A stretch of DNA of 64,000 bases, taken from positions 354,452 through 418,451 of the forward strand of contig OZ243109.1 in the NCBI GenBank assembly GCA_965212385.1, in the 5' to 3' direction. This stretch comes from Parvibaculaceae bacterium (GTDB lineage Bacteria; Pseudomonadota; Alphaproteobacteria; Parvibaculales; Parvibaculaceae). A program made the translations under genes and the position numbers. Every line of letters begins with the position of its first letter. Within the stretch, counting starts at the first letter, position 1. The notes below the pieces were generated by a model, which was given only the letters and a program-made list of their open reading frames with translations, had not been told where the DNA came from and did no database searches. This document shows positions 47,973-58,041 of this stretch, piece after piece.

Positions 47973-48941
47973 ATGTTTGCGCTCATTGAAAGCCTCTTCA
48001 GCATAGAAAACATCGTCACGATTCTGATGGCGTTGGCCGCCTTTGCGACGGTTCTGACGCTAGCCGCACCCATGCTGTCGACTGATAAACTCTCGGTCCG
48101 CATGAAGTCGGTTTCGAGTGAGCGCGAAGCATTGCGCCGCGCGCACCGCGAACAGCTGGAGCGTGAACGTGACGGCAAAAAACTCCGACAGGAAGCCAAA
48201 GGCTTCATCAAGCAATTCGTCGACAGTTTGAACCTGATGGAGTTGATGGAAAGCGATGCCATTCGCGGCAAGTTGAAGAAAGCGGGTTTTCGCGGGCAGG
48301 CGCCGGTCTATTCCTTCATGTTCTTCCGCTTTTTCATGCCGATCATTCTGTTCGTCGTGACGATCTTGTATCTGTTTTTCGCGAACGCCTTCGGTCTTGA
48401 ACCTTTGGCGCGCGTTGCCGCCTCGTTTGGTGCCGCCTTTATCGGCTTCTACCTGCCAAACGTGTTTGTTGAAAACATGATTGCGCGCCGTCAGGAATCG
48501 ATCAAAAAGGCGTTCCCGGATGCCCTCGACCTGCTCTTGATCTGTGTTGAATCTGGCATGTCGGTAGAAGCTGCTTTTAACAAGGTGGCGGGCGAAGTCG
48601 GCACGCAGTCGGTAGAGCTTGCGGAAGAACTGAGCCTGACAACCGCGGAGCTTTCCTACATTCAGGACCGCCGCATGGCGTATGAGAACCTCGCGACCAG
48701 AACGGGTCTGGAAGGCGTCAAAGCGGTAACAATGAGCCTCATTCAGGCTGAGAGGTACGGGACCCCCTTGGGCACGGCCCTTCGTGTCATGGCACAGGAA
48801 AATCGGGACATGCGGATGGCTGCCGCAGAAAAGAAAGCAGCAGGTCTACCGCCGAAACTGACGGTGCCCATGATTGCGTTCTTCCTGCCAGTGCTCTTTT
48901 TCGTCATCTTGGGTCCGGCCGTCATCAAGCTCTATCAGTAA
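47973..48941 (+). CDS. tadC: Tad inner membrane platform protein TadC (CpaH)
   Basis: FPDALDLLLICVESG, AERYGTP and KLTVPMIAFFLP motifs. Confidence 0.95.
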   Translation: MFALIESLFSIENIVTILMALAAFATVLTLAAPMLSTDKLSVRMKSVSSEREALRRAHREQLERERDGKKLRQEAKGFIKQFVDSLNLMELMESDAIRGKLKKAGFRGQAPVYSFMFFRFFMPIILFVVTILYLFFANAFGLEPLARVAASFGAAFIGFYLPNVFVENMIARRQESIKKAFPDALDLLLICVESGMSVEAAFNKVAGEVGTQSVELAEELSLTTAELSYIQDRRMAYENLATRTGLEGVKAVTMSLIQAERYGTPLGTALRVMAQENRDMRMAAAEKKAAGLPPKLTVPMIAFFLPVLFFVILGPAVIKLYQ

Positions 48942-48979
48942 CAGTCTTCTATGCCGGGTTTAGAGGCACTGGACACAAA

Positions 48980-49012
48980 AAAAGCCGAAGCGACCATCCT
49001 GCTTCGGCTTTT
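48980..49012. terminator. Bidirectional terminator between tadC and tadD
   Basis: AAAAGCCGAAGC-GACCATCCT-GCTTCGGCTTTT. Confidence 0.8.
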
Positions 49013-49051
49013 GTCATGTTTCCGGCGGCTTCGGGCCACCGATTTAATTGA

Positions 49052-49873
49052 TTACTGAATGTCGATTGGTGCATCCAGGGCTTCCATCTCGCGCCAGAGA
49101 GCAGGCTGGGCCAGCATAGAGCGGATGGTCGTGATATTGTTTGATGCAAGACTTGGCGGGAGGTCCGCGCGGGCGAGCCGCTCTGCTTCTTCAAAGTCAC
49201 CTTGAAGACCAAGGACCAAAGCCAGGTTCTGACGCGCGTGCGCGCCAGCTGAGGGATTCGCGACAGCGCGACGAAGGGTCTCTTCCGCTGAAGTGAGGTC
49301 GCCTGAGAGAGCATGCGACAGGCCTAGATTTGTCAGGATCGTTGGATGATCAGGTGCTAGGCGCAGCGCGGAATTGTACTTTTCTTTGGCCAGGTCATGT
49401 TGACCCATCTCGTCAAGGGCCACGCCCGCGGCAGACAAGATGGTCCAATCTGTCGGGCTCAAGACAGCCGCTTTTGCGAGCAGTGCAGATGCCTGGTCTG
49501 GCTTGCCACTGGCAGCCAGGGTCTTGCCATATTCTGCAAGAATGGCGGGATCGTTGGGGTGGAAGGCATTGGCCTGGCTGAGCACGCTCAGTGCCTGCGT
49601 GTGAGAACCCAGATGCCTTAGACCGCGGGCATATCGGGCCGCCGCCTCTGCATTCCGCGGATCTTGTTCATAAATGCCGCCCCAATAGGCGGCAGAAGCG
49701 ACGAAGTCGCGCGGTTCGGAAAGATGAACAGGCAGATCGGTTGCCGCGCCCAAGCCGGGCCGTTCTGGTTCTGACTCAGTTGCGCAGCCAGCAAGGATCA
49801 ATGCGCCGACCGCAGTGGCCAGAACAGATCTCGACACTTTGGTCTGCGAACGAAAGAACTTTGGAGAAGCCAT
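49052..49873 (-). CDS. tadD: TPR lipoprotein TadD (CpaO-like pilotin)
   Basis: Lipobox LAGC; TPR repeats; NLGLSHALSGD and RQNLALVLGLQG motifs; start estimated at 49873. Confidence 0.9.
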   Translation of the reverse strand: MASPKFFRSQTKVSRSVLATAVGALILAGCATESEPERPGLGAATDLPVHLSEPRDFVASAAYWGGIYEQDPRNAEAAARYARGLRHLGSHTQALSVLSQANAFHPNDPAILAEYGKTLAASGKPDQASALLAKAAVLSPTDWTILSAAGVALDEMGQHDLAKEKYNSALRLAPDHPTILTNLGLSHALSGDLTSAEETLRRAVANPSAGAHARQNLALVLGLQGDFEEAERLARADLPPSLASNNITTIRSMLAQPALWREMEALDAPIDIQ

Positions 49874-49943
49874 TGGTTTCCACATCTCATAGCAAATCGG
49901 TGGGCACATGCATTTGCCCACGCTCCATCCTCGCTTACAGGTC

Positions 49944-49958
49944 TCAAGAAAGGCTTAA
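49944..49958. promoter_or_regulatory. CtrA-like box upstream of tadD
   Basis: TCAA-gaaaggc-TTAA (TTAA-N7-TTGA on the minus strand). Confidence 0.45.
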
Positions 49959-50025
49959 GCATAAACTTGGTCTCAAATTGCCCGTACCTCTTTCGGCAAC
50001 CAATGGCTTGTTTGTATACTGAGGC

Positions 50026-51120
50026 ATGTCCTCAGAGCGTTTCAAAAACATCATCTTAACGATCCGTAAAGGGGTTGACCGCGTGGGCTTTGATCGGGTC
50101 CTGCTGTTGGTGCTCGGCGCCGCCGTTCTGGTCCTGTTGGTGCTCGGAATGGGCAAAGGCTTGACGGGGTGGGATGAAAACGATGCGCGGGTGACATTTT
50201 TCCAGATCGGGACCGGCTCCACGGGCGGCACCTATTTCCCGATGGGCGAAGCTCTGGCAGCGGTGATCAGCCGGCCGCCCGGATCGGACCCCTGCATTCC
50301 CGGGAGCCGATGCGGGGTCCCAGGCCTCGTTGCCATCTCAAAAGGATCCGCAGGCTCTGTCGCGAACGCCCGCGCGGTATCGGACGGTTTGTTGGACTCT
50401 GCTCTGGTTCAGGCGAACGTTTTGGAAGACGCGTTTCATGCCCGCGGTGCGTTTGAGGGAGAACCCCCGCGCGAAAACCTGCGTGTCATTGCTAACCTCT
50501 ATGTGGAGGCGATCCACCTGGTGGCTGCACGAGGACTGGAAATCACCGGGGTCGAGGATCTTCGAGGATTACGGGTGTCAATCGGCTCCGAAGGCTCAGG
50601 CACGAGGGCAGACGCTATTGCCATTCTAAAAGCCTTTGGCGTGTCGCTCACCGATATTGAGCCGGTCAGTGCCGATGCATCCCGCTCCGCAGAAATGATC
50701 CTGTCGGGTAACCTTGATGCTTATTTCCTTGTGGCGGGCGCACCCGCGAGATCGATCGAGGACCTTGCCGTCCGGGGCGCGATCGACATCGTTCCCATCG
50801 AGGGGGAGCCGGCGGACCGCCTACGCATCGATCGCACCTTCTACAGCGACTTCATCATCCCGGAGAACACCTATCGCTTTGTGGGCGACGTGAAGACAAT
50901 TGGCATTGGTGCGCTGTGGATCACACGGGACACAACAGACACGGACCTGGTCCATGCGATCACACGCGCTTTATTCGACGACCGAAACAGAGAGACCCTT
51001 GTGACGGCAAACGCCAATGGGCGTCACGTCAATCCGGAGGCAGCGGTGCGGGGCGTGCCGATCCTTCTCCACCCGGGCTCAGAGCTTTTCTATTTTGAAA
51101 AAGGCATTCTGGAGCGCTGA
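50026..51120 (+). CDS. TAXI-family TRAP solute-binding protein with an N-terminal membrane anchor
   Basis: IGTGSTGGTYFP, SKGSAGSVAN, NLYVEAIHLV, DLRGLRVSIG..GSGT and LHPGSELFY motifs. Confidence 0.9.
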   Translation: MSSERFKNIILTIRKGVDRVGFDRVLLLVLGAAVLVLLVLGMGKGLTGWDENDARVTFFQIGTGSTGGTYFPMGEALAAVISRPPGSDPCIPGSRCGVPGLVAISKGSAGSVANARAVSDGLLDSALVQANVLEDAFHARGAFEGEPPRENLRVIANLYVEAIHLVAARGLEITGVEDLRGLRVSIGSEGSGTRADAIAILKAFGVSLTDIEPVSADASRSAEMILSGNLDAYFLVAGAPARSIEDLAVRGAIDIVPIEGEPADRLRIDRTFYSDFIIPENTYRFVGDVKTIGIGALWITRDTTDTDLVHAITRALFDDRNRETLVTANANGRHVNPEAAVRGVPILLHPGSELFYFEKGILER

Positions 51121-51125
51121 GAGAG

Positions 51126-51311
51126 TCACGTCTCGTCAGACACCTCAACCCGAACAACAGCCTGCGCAACGATGGCGCGTTCACCGTTGAACGTGATCGC
51201 CGGAGAGCCATGGAGTCGGTAGCCGTCATCAAGCGCCTTCGATACACGCTCACAGAACGCATGGTCATCGGGGCCGGTAAGCAGCCTGTATTTGAGATCG
51301 GACATGGGCAC
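51126..51311 (-). CDS. DUF1737-family protein
   Basis: YRLLTGPDD..FCERVSKAL..GY.LHGSP...F...AQAVV. Confidence 0.8.
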   Translation of the reverse strand: MPMSDLKYRLLTGPDDHAFCERVSKALDDGYRLHGSPAITFNGERAIVAQAVVRVEVSDET

Positions 51312-51415
51312 TCCTTGTGTCAGTGGATTGGGACGACAGGCAGCGGGATTGCAGGCCTTTCAGTCCCTCTATACTGTTTGCGGGCATTTGAGCAAATTCA
51401 AAAGAGGTCACACCC

Positions 51416-52801
51416 GTGGAAGATGTGTTTGTAACCGACAAAGACGCCGTCGCCTTACCAGTCTGGCCTGTAAGGTCAGGTGAGGTGCAGGCCTGGTGCG
51501 ACGCGCATGCCGGTACCGGGGCCGCGTGGGTCGGAACGTCGGGGTTTACGGGTGAAGCGGGACGCGTTTTGACACTACCGGACGAGGCGGGCAGCCTTTC
51601 CGGTGCGCTCTTGGGGCTTGGGAAGGCGGATGACCCTTTTATCTTTGCGGCGCTGTCTGAGAGCCTGCCCGCGGGCACCTACCGCCTTGTGGGAATGGAG
51701 GGCCTGGATAGGGTCCATGCCGCGTTGGGATGGGCGCTCGGCACTTATAGTTTCACGAAATACAAGTCACAGGACAGAGAGCTGCCCAAGCTGGTGCTGC
51801 CAGAGGGTGTCGATCTGGGCGAGCTGATGGACATTGTCGATGCCGTGTTCCTTACACGCGATCTCGTCAACACGCCCACCAGCGACCTGGGTCCCGCAGA
51901 GCTCGAAACTGCGGTCCGACAAGTGGCAGACGGTTTCGGCCTGTCCTGCTCTGTGATCAAGGGCGATGACCTGCTGAAAGAGAACTATCCGATGGTGCAT
52001 GCCGTCGGCCGGGCAGCGGCAGAGAGTGCTGCGCCACGCCTCATGGATTTCAGCTGGGGAGATGAAGCGGCGCCCAAAGTGACCCTGGTCGGCAAAGGTG
52101 TGTGCTTTGACACCGGTGGGCTTAATCTCAAGCCCGGGAACTCCATGGCCTTGATGAAAAAGGATATGGGGGGCGCCGCCCATGTGCTCGCCCTCGCGCA
52201 ACTCATCATGCGGGCAAACTTGAATGTGCGCCTGCGGGTTTTGATCCCGGCTGTTGAGAACGCTGTCTCAGGGAACGCCTTCCGTCCAGGCGATGTGCTC
52301 GACAGCCGCAAAGGTTTGAGCGTTGAAATCGGCAATACCGACGCCGAGGGCCGCCTCATTCTGGCGGATGCGCTGGCGGAAGCGGACGGTGAAGAACCGG
52401 ATCTCCTGATCGACATGGCGACTCTGACAGGGGCGGCCCGCGTGGCTTTGGGTCCCGACCTGCCTCCCTTCTACACAAATGATGACGCGTTCGCGGCGGC
52501 GCTGGGTGAAGCGGCGGAGGAGAACGCCGATCCCCTGTGGCGCATGCCCCTATGGCCGGCCTATGACAATTGGCTGAGCAGCAAGATTGCCGACGTCAAT
52601 CACATCTCCGATGGTCCATTCGCAGGGTCTATTACGGCGGCGCTCTTCCTCGCGCGCTTTGTGGAGAAGGCCAAGACCTACGTCCATTTTGATGTATTCG
52701 CCTGGACGCCCCGGGCGAAACCGGGCCGGCCCGTGGGCGGCGAGGCTCAGGGCGTTCGCGCGCTCTACGCTTATCTCAAAAACACCTATGGTGTGCGTTA
52801 A
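51416..52801 (+). CDS. Leucyl aminopeptidase (M17, PepA/PepB family)
   Basis: LVGKGVCFDTGG, MKKDMGG, NTDAEGRL and DMATLTGA motifs. Confidence 0.95.
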   Translation: MEDVFVTDKDAVALPVWPVRSGEVQAWCDAHAGTGAAWVGTSGFTGEAGRVLTLPDEAGSLSGALLGLGKADDPFIFAALSESLPAGTYRLVGMEGLDRVHAALGWALGTYSFTKYKSQDRELPKLVLPEGVDLGELMDIVDAVFLTRDLVNTPTSDLGPAELETAVRQVADGFGLSCSVIKGDDLLKENYPMVHAVGRAAAESAAPRLMDFSWGDEAAPKVTLVGKGVCFDTGGLNLKPGNSMALMKKDMGGAAHVLALAQLIMRANLNVRLRVLIPAVENAVSGNAFRPGDVLDSRKGLSVEIGNTDAEGRLILADALAEADGEEPDLLIDMATLTGAARVALGPDLPPFYTNDDAFAAALGEAAEENADPLWRMPLWPAYDNWLSSKIADVNHISDGPFAGSITAALFLARFVEKAKTYVHFDVFAWTPRAKPGRPVGGEAQGVRALYAYLKNTYGVR

Positions 52802-52873
52802 CCGGCTTGGCGACACGGATAGAAGCAGGGTAGACTGATCCGGCTCCGAAACGGAATTTGAGCCGGAACCCTG

Positions 52874-53218
52874 ATGGATCTAAAGCCGCTTGATGCGCTG
52901 AAGCTTTGGCACGACGTTGTGCTCGATACGGTGCGTCGTGACGTGCCGGATCTGTCGGCGCGGCAGCTTGCGATCCTCTTGACGGTCTATCTTGAGCCGC
53001 CACCGCACACGGTGCGAGGCCTGGCCGCCAAGCTCAACGTCTCTAAGCCGGCAATCACACGGGCGCTCGACACAATGGGCCAGAAAGATCTGCTCAAACG
53101 AAAGCGCGATGACACGGATAAGCGCAATGTGCTCGTTCAGCGGACCGTGGCGGGGTCGGTCTATCTGAGTGAACTTTCGGACACGATCATTTCAAAGGCG
53201 AAGGATCACCTGGCGTGA
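52874..53218 (+). CDS. MarR-family transcriptional regulator
   Basis: DLSARQLAILL, TVRGLAAKLNVSKPAITRALD and R.RD..DKR motifs. Confidence 0.9.
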   Translation: MDLKPLDALKLWHDVVLDTVRRDVPDLSARQLAILLTVYLEPPPHTVRGLAAKLNVSKPAITRALDTMGQKDLLKRKRDDTDKRNVLVQRTVAGSVYLSELSDTIISKAKDHLA

Positions 53219-54084
53219 CAAACAGCAATGGTCTCGACAAGCGGCTGAACCCTTATCGGCCGGATCTTGCCGCGGCCTATCTCCGGGGTGAGGTGGAGGC
53301 GGATCAGTTCGTCGAAAGCGAAGACTTTCAGGTGACGGCTCCTCGCGCACCGCTGCTGCGCCGACCGGAAGATCACGCACCCATGGACACCGAGCTTCTA
53401 TTTGGTGAAACCTTTCGCGTTTACGAGACGGAAGGCGATTGGTGCTGGGGGCAATCGGCGCAGGACGACTATGTTGGTTACGTCTCGGCAAACCTTATGC
53501 AGACCCAGAAGAGCATGGCGACCCACCGGGTCGTGGCGCTCAGAACCTTCATCTATCCTGAGGCCGACATTAAGTCGCGTCCCGCGACGCCCTTGTCCAT
53601 GAACGCAAAGCTGGTTGTGACCGCTGCCGCCGGCAAATTTGTGGAGCTGGAAGGGGGCGGGTATGTCGTTACGTCCCACATTGCCAAGATCGACACCTAT
53701 GCCGCCGACTATGTTGCCGTCGCAGAAGAGTTCTTGGGTGTGCCCTATCTGTGGGGCGGTCGCGATGCACGTGGCTTGGACTGCTCCGGGCTGGTCCAGA
53801 TGAGCTTGGAGAGATGCGGCATTGCCTGCCTGCGGGACACGGACCTTCAGGAGGCCACGCTCGGTGATCCCCTCGATGACCCGACCGATCTCTCGGGACT
53901 ACAGCGCGGCGATTTGATCTTCTGGCGCGGTCATGTGGGCATCATGGCGGACCGGGAGACCTTGTTGCATGCCAACGCCACCCACATGCGCACAGTGAAG
54001 GAGCCAATTGCGGAGGCGGTCCGCCGCATCGACAAAAGCGATGGACCGGTGACCAGCGTCAAAAGGCTTAAAGCATCAGGCTGA
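53215..54084 (+). CDS. SH3 + NlpC/P60 (C40) peptidase without signal peptide
   Basis: TELLFGE SH3-like region; PYLWGG, GLDCSGLVQ (catalytic Cys), GHVGI and LHAN motifs; GTGA-coupled to the MarR gene. Confidence 0.92.
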   Translation: MTNSNGLDKRLNPYRPDLAAAYLRGEVEADQFVESEDFQVTAPRAPLLRRPEDHAPMDTELLFGETFRVYETEGDWCWGQSAQDDYVGYVSANLMQTQKSMATHRVVALRTFIYPEADIKSRPATPLSMNAKLVVTAAAGKFVELEGGGYVVTSHIAKIDTYAADYVAVAEEFLGVPYLWGGRDARGLDCSGLVQMSLERCGIACLRDTDLQEATLGDPLDDPTDLSGLQRGDLIFWRGHVGIMADRETLLHANATHMRTVKEPIAEAVRRIDKSDGPVTSVKRLKASG

Positions 54085-54088
54085 CGCC

Positions 54089-55741
54089 TCAGGACGAAGC
54101 GACGCCGGGACCGGTTTCGAGATCGAACGCCGCTGCCATCAGTGTCTTCGTATAGTCTGTCTGAGGCGCATCAAATATCTGGTCCGCCGGACCTTGCTCA
54201 ACCACCTTGCCGGCACGCATGACGATCACTTGGTCGGCAAGCGCCCGCACCACCTTCAGATCATGGCTGATGAAGAGATAGGCAAGGTTGTACTTCTTTT
54301 GCAAAGAACGAAGCAGGTCAACAATCTGCGCCTGGACCGACATATCGAGCGCACTGGTCGGTTCATCCAGCATGACGAATTTGGGCTGCAGGGCCATGGC
54401 GCGGGCAATCGCGATGCGCTGCCGCTGACCGCCGGAAAATTCATGGGGGTAGCGGTCCTGCATCGCCGGATCAATCCCCACTTCCTGAAGCGCGGCAGAC
54501 ACACGCGTTCTGCGCTCTGTCGCAGACAGACCTTGGTTTTGAACGATGAGACCTTCTTCGACGATCTGTGAAATGGAGAGACGCGGGGACAGCGAGCCAA
54601 ACGGGTCCTGAAACACGATCTGCATATGCTCGCGAAGCGGACGCACATCCTTTTCGGTCAGACCGTCAATCTGATCGCCCTCAAATCGGATCGGTCCCTC
54701 GCTGGAGATGAGCCGCAGCAGGGCAAGACCGAGCGTTGTCTTGCCGGAGCCGGACTCGCCCACAATGCCAACGGTCTGACCTTCGTGGACGCGGACGCTG
54801 ATCCCGTCCACGGCTTTCACGTGATCAACGGTCTTGCGCAGCAGGCCTTTCTTGATCGGGAACCAGACTTTGAGGTCATCCGTTTCCATCACCACCGGCG
54901 CATCCGCCCGAGGGGGTTCCGGGTGGCCTTTTGGCTCAGCCGCCAAAAGGTGCTTGGTATAGTTGTGCTGCGGTTCAGAGAATATCTGTGCCGTCGGGCC
55001 GGTCTCGACGACTTCGCCGCCGGTCATCACATATGTTCGGTCCGCCATCTTCCGCACGATGCCAAGATCATGGGTAATCAGAAGCATGGCCATGCCCATC
55101 TCACGCTGCAGCTCTTTCAGCAGGGCGAGGATTTGCGCCTGGACTGTGACGTCGAGAGCCGTGGTGGGTTCATCCGCAATGAGCAGGTCGGGCTCGTTGG
55201 CGAGCGCCATGGCGATCATGACCCGTTGGCGTTGGCCGCCTGAAAGCTGATGTGGATAGGCGCCGAGCCGGCTTTCCGCGTCGCGGATCCCCACTTTCTT
55301 AAGAAGTGAGAGAACCTCCGCCCGTGCCGCTTCATTGCTGAGACCCCGATGCCGGATCAATATCTCGCCCACCTGACGCTCAATTGTGTGGAGCGGATTG
55401 AGCGAGGTCATGGGCTCCTGAAACACCATGGAGATCTGATTGCCGCGCACGGAGCGAAGCACATCCTCGTCCGTGCTCATGAGGTTTTCACCGCGATAGC
55501 GAATGCTGCCTTGCGGGTGGGACGCCTGCGGATAGGGAAGGAGCTTCAAGATCGAGAGTGCGGTGACCGATTTGCCCGATCCCGACTCGCCAACCAGCGC
55601 CACCGTCTCGCCTGCATCGATGGTGAGCGACACACCCTTCACCGCATGGGTCACTTCCTCGCCTTGACGAAAATCGACATGGAGATTGTCGATCTCGATG
55701 AGCGGCGGCGTAGCCTCTCTGGTTTCTTGTTGGTCCGTCAT
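54089..55741 (-). CDS. yejF: Peptide ABC transporter ATP-binding protein (double NBD)
   Basis: Two GESGSGK Walker A motifs, two YPHxxSGGQRQR signatures and DEPT motifs; follows yejE. Confidence 0.9.
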   Translation of the reverse strand: MTDQQETREATPPLIEIDNLHVDFRQGEEVTHAVKGVSLTIDAGETVALVGESGSGKSVTALSILKLLPYPQASHPQGSIRYRGENLMSTDEDVLRSVRGNQISMVFQEPMTSLNPLHTIERQVGEILIRHRGLSNEAARAEVLSLLKKVGIRDAESRLGAYPHQLSGGQRQRVMIAMALANEPDLLIADEPTTALDVTVQAQILALLKELQREMGMAMLLITHDLGIVRKMADRTYVMTGGEVVETGPTAQIFSEPQHNYTKHLLAAEPKGHPEPPRADAPVVMETDDLKVWFPIKKGLLRKTVDHVKAVDGISVRVHEGQTVGIVGESGSGKTTLGLALLRLISSEGPIRFEGDQIDGLTEKDVRPLREHMQIVFQDPFGSLSPRLSISQIVEEGLIVQNQGLSATERRTRVSAALQEVGIDPAMQDRYPHEFSGGQRQRIAIARAMALQPKFVMLDEPTSALDMSVQAQIVDLLRSLQKKYNLAYLFISHDLKVVRALADQVIVMRAGKVVEQGPADQIFDAPQTDYTKTLMAAAFDLETGPGVASS

Positions 55742-56805
55742 GCGAGCGTCTTTCTGGGATCAAACGCATCCCGCACCGCCTCGCCGATAAAGATCAGCAG
55801 GCTCAACATAATGGCGATGGTGAAAAAGCCGGAGAAGCCGAGCCAAGGGGCTTGAAGATTGGCTTTACCTTGGGCCAGCAATTCGCCGAGCGACGGAGAG
55901 CCGGGCGGCAGGCCGAAGCCCAGAAAATCGAGCGACGTGAGCGTCGTGATCGACGCATTCAGAATGAACGGCATGAAGGTGAGCGTCGCGACCATCGCGT
56001 TGGGGAGCAGGTGTTTGTAGATGATGGTGCCGTTGGAGACGCCAAGAGCGCGCGCCGCGTTCACATACTCAAAATTCCGGCCCCTAAGAAACTCAGCGCG
56101 CACGACACCCACGAGTGCCACCCAGCTGAAGAGTAGCAGGATGCAGAGCAAAATCCAGAAATTTGGCTCGATGATTGCCGCGATGATGATCAGGAGATAG
56201 AGCTGCGGCACGCTGGTCCAAATCTCGATGAACCTTTGAAAGATGAGATCCAGCCATCCTCCGAAATACCCTTGAACCGCGCCGGCGGCGACTCCGATGA
56301 TGGAGGAGAAGAAGGTGAGGGTGAGGCCAAAGAGCACTGAGATGCGAAAGCCATAGATGAGCCGCGCGACGACATCGCGGCCCTGGTCATCCGTCCCGAG
56401 CCAGTTTTCGGCACTTGGTGGCGCGGGGGCGGGCACCGGCAGATTTCGGTTGATAGTGTCGTAGCTGTAGCGAATGACCGGCCAGATCATGATGCCGCCG
56501 GCGTCAGCGATGAGGTCTTGAACAAATGGATCGCGATAGTCCGCTTCCGTCGCGAAATCACCGCCAAATGTGGTCTCCGCATAGGTGTTGAAGGCAGGGA
56601 AATAAAGCGACCCCTCAAAGGTCAGGATCAGCGGTTTGTCATTGGCGATAAGCGGCGCAAACAGGGTGACAACAAAGAGCACCAGGAAGATGCGGAGGGA
56701 CCAAAACCCCCGTCGATTGGCTTTGAAGTTCCGCCAGCGCCGCTCATTGAGCGGTGTCATCTGAGGTACAGTGATGTTGAAACGGGCGAGCAGGGACCGA
56801 AACAT
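55738..56805 (-). CDS. yejE: Peptide ABC transporter permease
   Basis: RRWRNFKANRRG, LGTDDQGRDV, VRAEFLRGR and LGELLAQGK motifs. Confidence 0.92.
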   Translation of the reverse strand: MFRSLLARFNITVPQMTPLNERRWRNFKANRRGFWSLRIFLVLFVVTLFAPLIANDKPLILTFEGSLYFPAFNTYAETTFGGDFATEADYRDPFVQDLIADAGGIMIWPVIRYSYDTINRNLPVPAPAPPSAENWLGTDDQGRDVVARLIYGFRISVLFGLTLTFFSSIIGVAAGAVQGYFGGWLDLIFQRFIEIWTSVPQLYLLIIIAAIIEPNFWILLCILLLFSWVALVGVVRAEFLRGRNFEYVNAARALGVSNGTIIYKHLLPNAMVATLTFMPFILNASITTLTSLDFLGFGLPPGSPSLGELLAQGKANLQAPWLGFSGFFTIAIMLSLLIFIGEAVRDAFDPRKTLA

Positions 56806-57908
56806 CAGACCTCCCGCGTTTCAAAGTCGATACGAGGGTCAATCCACGTATAGGTGAGATCACTGATGAGCGTGATGACCAGACCCAGCAGGCCAAAGAT
56901 GTAAAGCGTTCCGAAGACAACCGGATAGTCGCGGTTGATAATGCTTTCAAACGATAGAAGCCCGAGGCCGTCCAGCGAGAAGATGGTTTCAATGAGAAGC
57001 GACCCGGTGAAAAACACGCCTACAAAGGCGCCGGGGAAGCCCGCGATAACAATCAGCATGGCGTTGCGGAACACATGTCCGTAGAGAACTTCGCGCTCGG
57101 TGAGGCCTTTCGCCCGCGCGGTCACCACATATTGTTTTTTGATTTCATCCAGAAAGGAGTTTTTGGTGAGGAGCGTGGTGGTGGCAAAGCCGCTGATGAC
57201 CATGGCGGTGATCGGCAAAGCCAGGTGCCACATATAGTCGGTGATCTTGCCGAAAAACGACAGCTCTTCCCAATTGTCAGAAGTGAGACCCCTAAGGGGG
57301 AACACATCGAAATAGGAGCCACCCGCAAAGAGGACGATAAGGACGACCGCGAATAGAAAGCCCGGGATTGCATAGCCGACAATGATCACTGCGCTGGTCC
57401 ACACATCCAGGCTGGAGCCGTCCCTCACCGCCTTCATGACACCCAGCGGAATGGAAATCATATAGGTGATGAGCGTCGTCCAGAGGCCCAACGAAATCGA
57501 CACCGGCATTTTCTCGATGATGAGGTCGATAACTTGCACGTCCCGAAAATAGCTTTCGCCAAATTCAAAGCGGGCATAGTTCCACACCATCAAGGCAAAA
57601 CGTTCATAGACAGGTTTGTCGAACCCGAACTGTTTTTCGAGGCTTTCGATAAACTCCGGATCAAGGCCCTGAGCGCCGCGATATTTTGCCGTGACATCGC
57701 TTGCGGCTGCCCCGCCGCCGCCGGAAAAGTCGCTGCCCGCCGTGCCGCCGACCCGGGCGGTGGCGGAAACCTCTGTGCCCTGGATCTGCGCGATTATGCG
57801 CTCGATCGGACCACCCGGCGCAAATTGCACAATGGTGAAACTCACCAGCATGATGCCCAGAATGGTCGGGATCATCAAAAGAAGCCGTCGAATAATATAG
57901 GCGGCCAT
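56805..57908 (-). CDS. yejB: Peptide ABC transporter permease
   Basis: [39 protein letters not shown] and IDPRIDFE motifs. Confidence 0.93.
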   Translation of the reverse strand: MAAYIIRRLLLMIPTILGIMLVSFTIVQFAPGGPIERIIAQIQGTEVSATARVGGTAGSDFSGGGGAAASDVTAKYRGAQGLDPEFIESLEKQFGFDKPVYERFALMVWNYARFEFGESYFRDVQVIDLIIEKMPVSISLGLWTTLITYMISIPLGVMKAVRDGSSLDVWTSAVIIVGYAIPGFLFAVVLIVLFAGGSYFDVFPLRGLTSDNWEELSFFGKITDYMWHLALPITAMVISGFATTTLLTKNSFLDEIKKQYVVTARAKGLTEREVLYGHVFRNAMLIVIAGFPGAFVGVFFTGSLLIETIFSLDGLGLLSFESIINRDYPVVFGTLYIFGLLGLVITLISDLTYTWIDPRIDFETREV

Positions 57909-58041
57909 GTTACTCGGTCCGGATTGGTTGAGATGCGGGCGGAACTGCCTCAAATGTGAGACAAGAGTCTATCTGAATCGCTAACATCCCCCAAATCATC
58001 ATCAAATCGAAGTCACGAATCTGTCGACGCCCATCTGGTCA

